From Armatimonadota bacterium (GTDB lineage Bacteria; Armatimonadota; SYMT01), in contig JBKBRF010000047.1 of the NCBI GenBank assembly GCA_046292385.1, positions 1 to 51,742 of the forward strand: a stretch of DNA of 51,742 nucleotides. The letters run 5' to 3'. Below, piece after piece: positions 46,758 to 51,742 of this stretch; position 1 is the stretch's first letter, and every line of letters begins with the position of its first letter. The notes below the pieces were generated by a model. The model did not search any database. It had not been told where the DNA came from and worked only from the letters and a program-made list of their open reading frames with translations. Both the position numbers and the translations under genes were made by a program.

Positions 46758-47246
46758 ATGCCCCTGTCCCCCCACATCCAACATCTCCGCGCCGCGGTCG
46801 GAACGCACCTGCTTCTCCTGCCCGGGGTTGCCGCCGTCGTCCGGAGCTCCCACGGCGAGATCCTGCTGCACCGGCGCGCGGATGATGGGAAGTGGAGCCT
46901 CCCCGCCGGCGCCATCGAACCGGGGGAGTCGCCGGCAGAGGCAGTAGTTCGGGAAGTTCGGGAAGAGACGGGGCTAACCGTAGCTCCGGAGCTGATCCTC
47001 GGGGTCTTCGGAGGGCGGGAGCTCCGGCACACCTACCCGAATGGAGACGAGGTGGAGTACACCGTCATCGTCTTCGGCTGCCGGGTGGTCGGCGGAGAGC
47101 TCCACGCCGGCGACGGAGAGGCTCTCGAGTTCGGCCACTTCGCTCCGGAGGCATTGCCGCCGCTCGGGTTACCGTACCCGCCGGAGCTGTTCCGCGGAGG
47201 TGCGTCGGGTCCCGCGCTCTTCCAGGGAGTCGGTCAGTCCACCTGA
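46758..47246 (+). CDS. NUDIX hydrolase
   Basis: Nudix box [27 protein letters not shown]. Confidence 0.92.
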   Translation: MPLSPHIQHLRAAVGTHLLLLPGVAAVVRSSHGEILLHRRADDGKWSLPAGAIEPGESPAEAVVREVREETGLTVAPELILGVFGGRELRHTYPNGDEVEYTVIVFGCRVVGGELHAGDGEALEFGHFAPEALPPLGLPYPPELFRGGASGPALFQGVGQST

Positions 47247-47264
47247 CGGCGAGGACCGCTCCCC

Positions 47265-48713
47265 TCAGGCGAGGACCTCTTTGACCACGCTGCCGCCGAA
47301 ATCGGTGAGGCGCTCGTGGCGGCCGTTGTGGAGCACGGTGAGCCGCATGTGGTCGAGCCCCAGCAGGTGCAGGATCGTCGCGTGGAAGTCGCGGGGGTGG
47401 ATCGGGTTCTCGATCGCGCGGTAGCCGATCTCGTCGGTTGCGCCGACCACCGTCCCGCCCTTCACGCCGCCGCCGGCCATCCACATGGTAAAGCCGTACG
47501 GGTTGTGGTCTCGCCCCTTCCCGTTCTGGGTCACCGGCGTGCGGCCGAACTCCCCGCCCCAGATCACCAGCGTCTCGTCCAGGAGCCCGCGGCGCTTCAG
47601 GTCCTTCAGCAGCGCCGCGACGGGTCGGTCGGTCATGCCGCACATCTTGTTGTGGTTCTCGACCATGTTGTCGTGCGCGTCCCACTGCACGCTCACCGGC
47701 CCGCCGCCGGAGTAAAGCTGGACGAAGCGGACGCCCCGCTCCACCAGCCGCCGGGCGAGCAGGCAGCGCGTGCCGAACTCGGTGGTCCGCGGGTCGTCCA
47801 GCCCGTAGAGCGCGCGGGTCTCCGCCGTCTCCCGGCTCAGGTCGACCGCCTCCGACGCGTGCTGCTGCATCCGGAACGCCAGCTCGTAGGAGGCGATTCG
47901 CGCGGAGAGGTCCTGGCCGTCCTCCGTCAGCGTCGCCTCGTTCACTTCGCGCAGGTAATCGAGGATCCGCCGCTGCTGGCGCGGCGCAACTCCCGGCGGC
48001 GGCTTCAGGTGCAGGATCGGCTTCGGACCGGGGCGGAGCTGGGTCCCCTGGAACGCCGGCGGCAGATAGCCGGAGTCCCACATCGGCGCGCCGCCCTCCG
48101 GCAGGCCCTCCGGCTGCGTGAGCACGCAGAAAGCCGGCAGGTTCTGCCCCACGCTGCCGAGGCCGTAGGCGACCCAGCTCCCGAGCGAGGGATGACCGGA
48201 GATGGTGCGGCCGGACATGAACTGGTACATCGCCGGCGCGTGGACGAAGCTGTCCGAGACGCAGGAGCGTAGCACGCAGAGATCGTCCGCGCACTGCGCT
48301 ACGTTCGGGAGCAGCTCGCTCACCTCCAGCCCGGACCGGCCGTGCTTCCCGAACTTCCACTGGCTCCGCATCAGCGGGGTTCCCGCCTGGATGAACTGGC
48401 TCTTGATCTCCCCGAAGCTCGGCGGAAGCGGCTGCCCGTCCAGGCGCTCGAGCTCCGGCTTCGGGTCGAACGTCTCGAGGTGGCTCGGTCCCCCGACCAT
48501 GAAGAGAAAGATCACGCTCTTGGCGCGAGGCTGGAAATGCGGCTGCCGCGGCGCAAGCGGGTTCGCCCGGGCCGGGGCCGGCGCGGCGAGGCCGTCTTCC
48601 GCCAGCAGGGTGGAGAGCGCGAGCGCGCCCAGCCCGCCGCCCGCGCGGAAGAGCAGGTCGCGGCGAGTCATCGCCGCCGGAAGATGGGAGCTACGTCCGG
48701 GCATCGATCGCAT
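47265..48713 (-). CDS. DUF1501 family protein
   Basis: [39 protein letters not shown]; start 2 nt after the PSD1 stop. Confidence 0.92.
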   Translation of the reverse strand: MRSMPGRSSHLPAAMTRRDLLFRAGGGLGALALSTLLAEDGLAAPAPARANPLAPRQPHFQPRAKSVIFLFMVGGPSHLETFDPKPELERLDGQPLPPSFGEIKSQFIQAGTPLMRSQWKFGKHGRSGLEVSELLPNVAQCADDLCVLRSCVSDSFVHAPAMYQFMSGRTISGHPSLGSWVAYGLGSVGQNLPAFCVLTQPEGLPEGGAPMWDSGYLPPAFQGTQLRPGPKPILHLKPPPGVAPRQQRRILDYLREVNEATLTEDGQDLSARIASYELAFRMQQHASEAVDLSRETAETRALYGLDDPRTTEFGTRCLLARRLVERGVRFVQLYSGGGPVSVQWDAHDNMVENHNKMCGMTDRPVAALLKDLKRRGLLDETLVIWGGEFGRTPVTQNGKGRDHNPYGFTMWMAGGGVKGGTVVGATDEIGYRAIENPIHPRDFHATILHLLGLDHMRLTVLHNGRHERLTDFGGSVVKEVLA

Positions 48714-48715
48714 CC

Positions 48716-51445
48716 TCACTTCAGGTAGACGAACCCGTTCAGGTTCAGCGCCGCCAGGCTGAGATCGACCCACGCCGCCGCCTCGGCCGGCTCGACGCCC
48801 GCCGGCACCGGCTCCGGCAAGCGCAGCTCGCCGCCCTCGGCCGCGCGGTCTCGGAGCAGTGCCACCTGGTCCCTCAGGAACCGTTCGGTAGCGTCCCGCT
48901 CCTGCACTGTCGGGCCGCGGCCCTGCGTCACCAGGAACAGCCGTCGGATGCGCGCGCTCACGTCTCGCTGCTGCTCCCGCAGGAGGCGCCCCGCCAGCCG
49001 GGCGCTCTGCTGGGCCATGAAGTCGCTGTTCATCAGCGTCAGCGCCTGGAGGGCGTGGACGCTCTGGTTGCGGGCGCCGCACGACGTCATCATGTCGGGC
49101 GCGTCGAAGACCACGAAAAGCGGCAGGCGGACGTTCCGCTTCCGCAGCAGGTAGAGGCTGCGGCGGTCGTGCTCCCGCGGGTCGGGCGTGACCGGCCACA
49201 GGTTGTCCGGCTCCCCCTCCGTAAAGATCGTGTCGTACACCTCCGGCTCCAGCGGCACCCGCACGGAGGGCCCGCCCGGCCGGACGTTCAAGCTGCCGGA
49301 CGCCGTCAGCACCGCGTCCCGCACCGCTTCCGCGTCGAGCCGCCGGCGGTTCTGCCGCCAGAGCAGCTCGTTCGCCGGATCGAGCTTCGCCTTCCGCGCG
49401 TCCCCATCGCTCGCCTGCCGGTAAGTGCTGCTGGTCACCACCAGCCGGACCAGCCGCTTGAGGCTCCAGCCCAATCCACTCGACGGAGAGACAGAGGGAC
49501 GGAGAGACAGAGAGATCTGTGACCGCAAGGCGGGCTTTGCTTCGCGAGAGCCGGCGGTTCGGACTCTCTCCGTCCCTCTGTCTCTCCGTCTCTCCGTCGC
49601 CTCCGCAGGAGCGGGAGCCGGTGCCGTAAACGAGGAGGCCAGGTAATCAAGAAGTTCGCGATGGGTCGGCGTCGCGCCGTTGCGGCCGAAGTCGTTGGGG
49701 GTGGCGACGATGCCGCGGCCGAAGAGCGTGTGCCAGACGCGGTTGACTAGCACGCGGCCGGTAAGCGGGTGGTCCGGCCGGGTCAGCCAGCGGGCCAGCG
49801 CCAGGCGATCGTTGCCGGGAGCCGGCTCGCCGCAGGCCGCTGCATCCGAGGCGTCCTTCACACGCAGGGCGGCGGGGAAGCCGGGCTGGACCGGGGCCCC
49901 GAGGGAGTGCGGATCGCCGCGCTCCAGCACGTGGACCGCCGGCCGGGGCTGCAGACCGTCGGTGACGCCCGGCGCGACCGGCAGCGGCTCCGGCTCCTCG
50001 AAGGCGAGGACGTGCATCCGGGCACGCAGCGCGGATCGGCGCGCGCGGTCTTCCGGCGAGAGTGCGGCCACCACCTCCGTCCACTCCAGGTTGAGCTGCA
50101 CCTGCGCCGCGGCCGCCTGCTTCCGCTCTTCCGGGGTGCGGTCCTTGGCGGGGATCTCCAGCACGCGCCGGTCTTCCGGATCGAGGCGCTCCAGCTTCTG
50201 CCGGCGCAGGTGCTCCCGGTACGGCTTCTCCAGCTCTGCGATCTCCGCGCGGATCGGCTTCAGCTTCTCCTGATGAGCGGCGGCTGCCGCCTGGTACGCC
50301 GCTTCGTCCGCCTCCGTGGCCACGGAAAGCTCGTGGTTGATCGTGGGCGCGAAGAACGCCTGGAGGCGGTAATAGTCGGCCTGGCTGACCGGGTCGTACT
50401 TGTGGTCGTGGCAGCGCGCGCAGCCGATCGTCAGCCCCATCACCGCGGAGCCGACTCCTGCCACCGCCTCGGTGAGCCACTCCTGCCGGTTGACCGCCTC
50501 GTCCTGGTTGCCGCCGACCACGTGCTGCGGACCGGCGCGCAGGAAGCCGGTCGCCACCCGCAGATCGAAGCTCTTCGGATCGAGCAGGTCCCCGGCGATC
50601 TGCTCCGTGAGGAAGCGATCGTAGGGGCGGTCCTCGTTCAGGCTGCGGACCACGTAATCCCGGTAGCGCCAGGCCTGCGGGCGGTCGCCGTCCAGCTCGA
50701 AGCCGTTCGTCTCCCCGAACCGCACCACGTCGAGCCAGTGCTGTGCCCAGCGCTCCCCGAACCGCGGCGAGGCGAGGAGCCGGTCGACGGCCCGCTCGTA
50801 GGCGTCCGGCCGGCGGTCGCCCAGAAACCCGGCGATCTCGGCCGTCGTGGGGGGCAGTCCGGTGAGGTCGAGGGTCACCCGGCGAAGCAGCGTGAGGCGA
50901 TCGGCTTCCGGGCTCGGCTTCAGCCCCCGCGCCTCCAGTCGCGCCAGCACGAAGGCGTCGACCGGATTGCGCGCCCAGCCCTGCTGCCGCGGACGAGGAA
51001 CCGCGGGGCGGACGGGAGACTGAAAGGCCCAGTGTCCCTGCGGTTCTTTCGGGGCAGCACCCGCTCCGGACGGGTACGGCGCGCCGGCGTCAATCCACCG
51101 GCGGAGTAGGGCGACTTCCGCCGCGGCGAGCGGGGCGCCCTGGGGCATCGCCGGCTCGCCGGCGCCGGAGACGAGAAGAATCAGGAGGCTGCGCTTACTG
51201 TCCCGCGCCACGAGCGCGGCGCCGCGTCCGCCGCCCAGCAGGGCGGCCTCGCGGGTGCGGAGATCGAGCCCGCCCTGCTTCTTGTCGCCGTGGCAGTTGA
51301 AGCAGCGCCGCTCCAGCACCCCGAAAGCGCCGCGTGCCAGCTCACCGGGCGCCGCCTCCGCCAGGGCCAGCCGCCCCAGCACCCCGGCGCCCGCGAGCAA
51401 CACGACCGGGAGCGCGGCCCGCCTGATCGACCCGAATACGCCCAC
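48716..51445 (-). CDS. PSD1/planctomycete cytochrome c protein with in-frame hairpin insertion
   Basis: [41 protein letters not shown], then a ~49-aa insert, then GWSLK. Confidence 0.9.
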   Translation of the reverse strand: MGVFGSIRRAALPVVLLAGAGVLGRLALAEAAPGELARGAFGVLERRCFNCHGDKKQGGLDLRTREAALLGGGRGAALVARDSKRSLLILLVSGAGEPAMPQGAPLAAAEVALLRRWIDAGAPYPSGAGAAPKEPQGHWAFQSPVRPAVPRPRQQGWARNPVDAFVLARLEARGLKPSPEADRLTLLRRVTLDLTGLPPTTAEIAGFLGDRRPDAYERAVDRLLASPRFGERWAQHWLDVVRFGETNGFELDGDRPQAWRYRDYVVRSLNEDRPYDRFLTEQIAGDLLDPKSFDLRVATGFLRAGPQHVVGGNQDEAVNRQEWLTEAVAGVGSAVMGLTIGCARCHDHKYDPVSQADYYRLQAFFAPTINHELSVATEADEAAYQAAAAAHQEKLKPIRAEIAELEKPYREHLRRQKLERLDPEDRRVLEIPAKDRTPEERKQAAAAQVQLNLEWTEVVAALSPEDRARRSALRARMHVLAFEEPEPLPVAPGVTDGLQPRPAVHVLERGDPHSLGAPVQPGFPAALRVKDASDAAACGEPAPGNDRLALARWLTRPDHPLTGRVLVNRVWHTLFGRGIVATPNDFGRNGATPTHRELLDYLASSFTAPAPAPAEATERRRDRGTERVRTAGSREAKPALRSQISLSLRPSVSPSSGLGWSLKRLVRLVVTSSTYRQASDGDARKAKLDPANELLWRQNRRRLDAEAVRDAVLTASGSLNVRPGGPSVRVPLEPEVYDTIFTEGEPDNLWPVTPDPREHDRRSLYLLRKRNVRLPLFVVFDAPDMMTSCGARNQSVHALQALTLMNSDFMAQQSARLAGRLLREQQRDVSARIRRLFLVTQGRGPTVQERDATERFLRDQVALLRDRAAEGGELRLPEPVPAGVEPAEAAAWVDLSLAALNLNGFVYLK
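49480..49599. repeat. Intragenic in-frame octamer-repeat hairpin with a REP fragment in the loop
   Basis: 49482-49507 GACGGAGAGACAGAGGGACGGAGAGA is perfectly complementary to 49565-49590; the loop contains CCGCAAGGCGGGCTTTGCT. Confidence 0.9.
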
Positions 51446-51742
51446 AGAACCCTCCGGCTGACGGCCCGGCAGCAGCCGTCCTCTCCCTGGGAGGTTCGAG
51501 GGTGGCGAGGGTTGCTCCTTTTATGGTCGGGCCGTGCTGCCGGCGCCGACGAGCCAGTTTATCCCGGTCTGACTCCGATGCGTCCGGCGCTGCGGCGCTA
51601 TTCCCGCGCCGCGGGAAGCGGGGCTTGTGTCACACGCTGTAAAGTTGGTGCGCCCCGGGGCGCAGAGTATGTTTTGCCGGCTGCAGGGCGGGTACTCGCT
51701 TTACAGCCGGAATCAGGGCCGGAGGTCCGCACGCTGGAAGCG

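Noticed and set aside
48714..49199. N-terminal extension of the DUF1501 ORF (644 aa)
   Set aside because: Overlaps the PSD1 3' end; the Tat motif and RBS support a start at 48713.

Overview
A high-GC bacterial chromosomal window of about 45 genes. The taxon cannot be fixed from sequence alone. Contents: (i) a cobalamin-riboswitch-controlled B12/corrinoid ABC uptake operon on the minus strand, whose first gene is unknown and whose second is a signal-less BtuF-like protein fused to a Cys-rich motif; (ii) four 'planctomycete cytochrome c'/PSD1 (DUF1549+DUF1553) genes and five DUF1501 genes in three loci; (iii) housekeeping and accessory genes (hexulose-6-P synthase family, NDH-2, greA, LOG, GHL10, acetamidase, aminotransferase, SDR, ferritin-like, CBS, DUF1003, NUDIX); (iv) an ECF sigma/ZAS anti-sigma/HtrA module with recognisable promoters. 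The most striking unexplained signal is a family of long hairpin elements. Their arms are short tandem repeats (7-8-mers and similar), always purine/G-rich arm first, and they enclose variable cargo. One brackets a four-helix-bundle (23S-IVS/Avd-like) gene inserted inside a PSD1-DUF1501 operon. Others enclose GTAG-type REP sequences or palindromes. Two sit in frame at the same homologous position of two PSD1 paralogs. No rRNA, tRNA, CRISPR array or transposase was recognised. Family assignments come from motif recognition, not from database searches.
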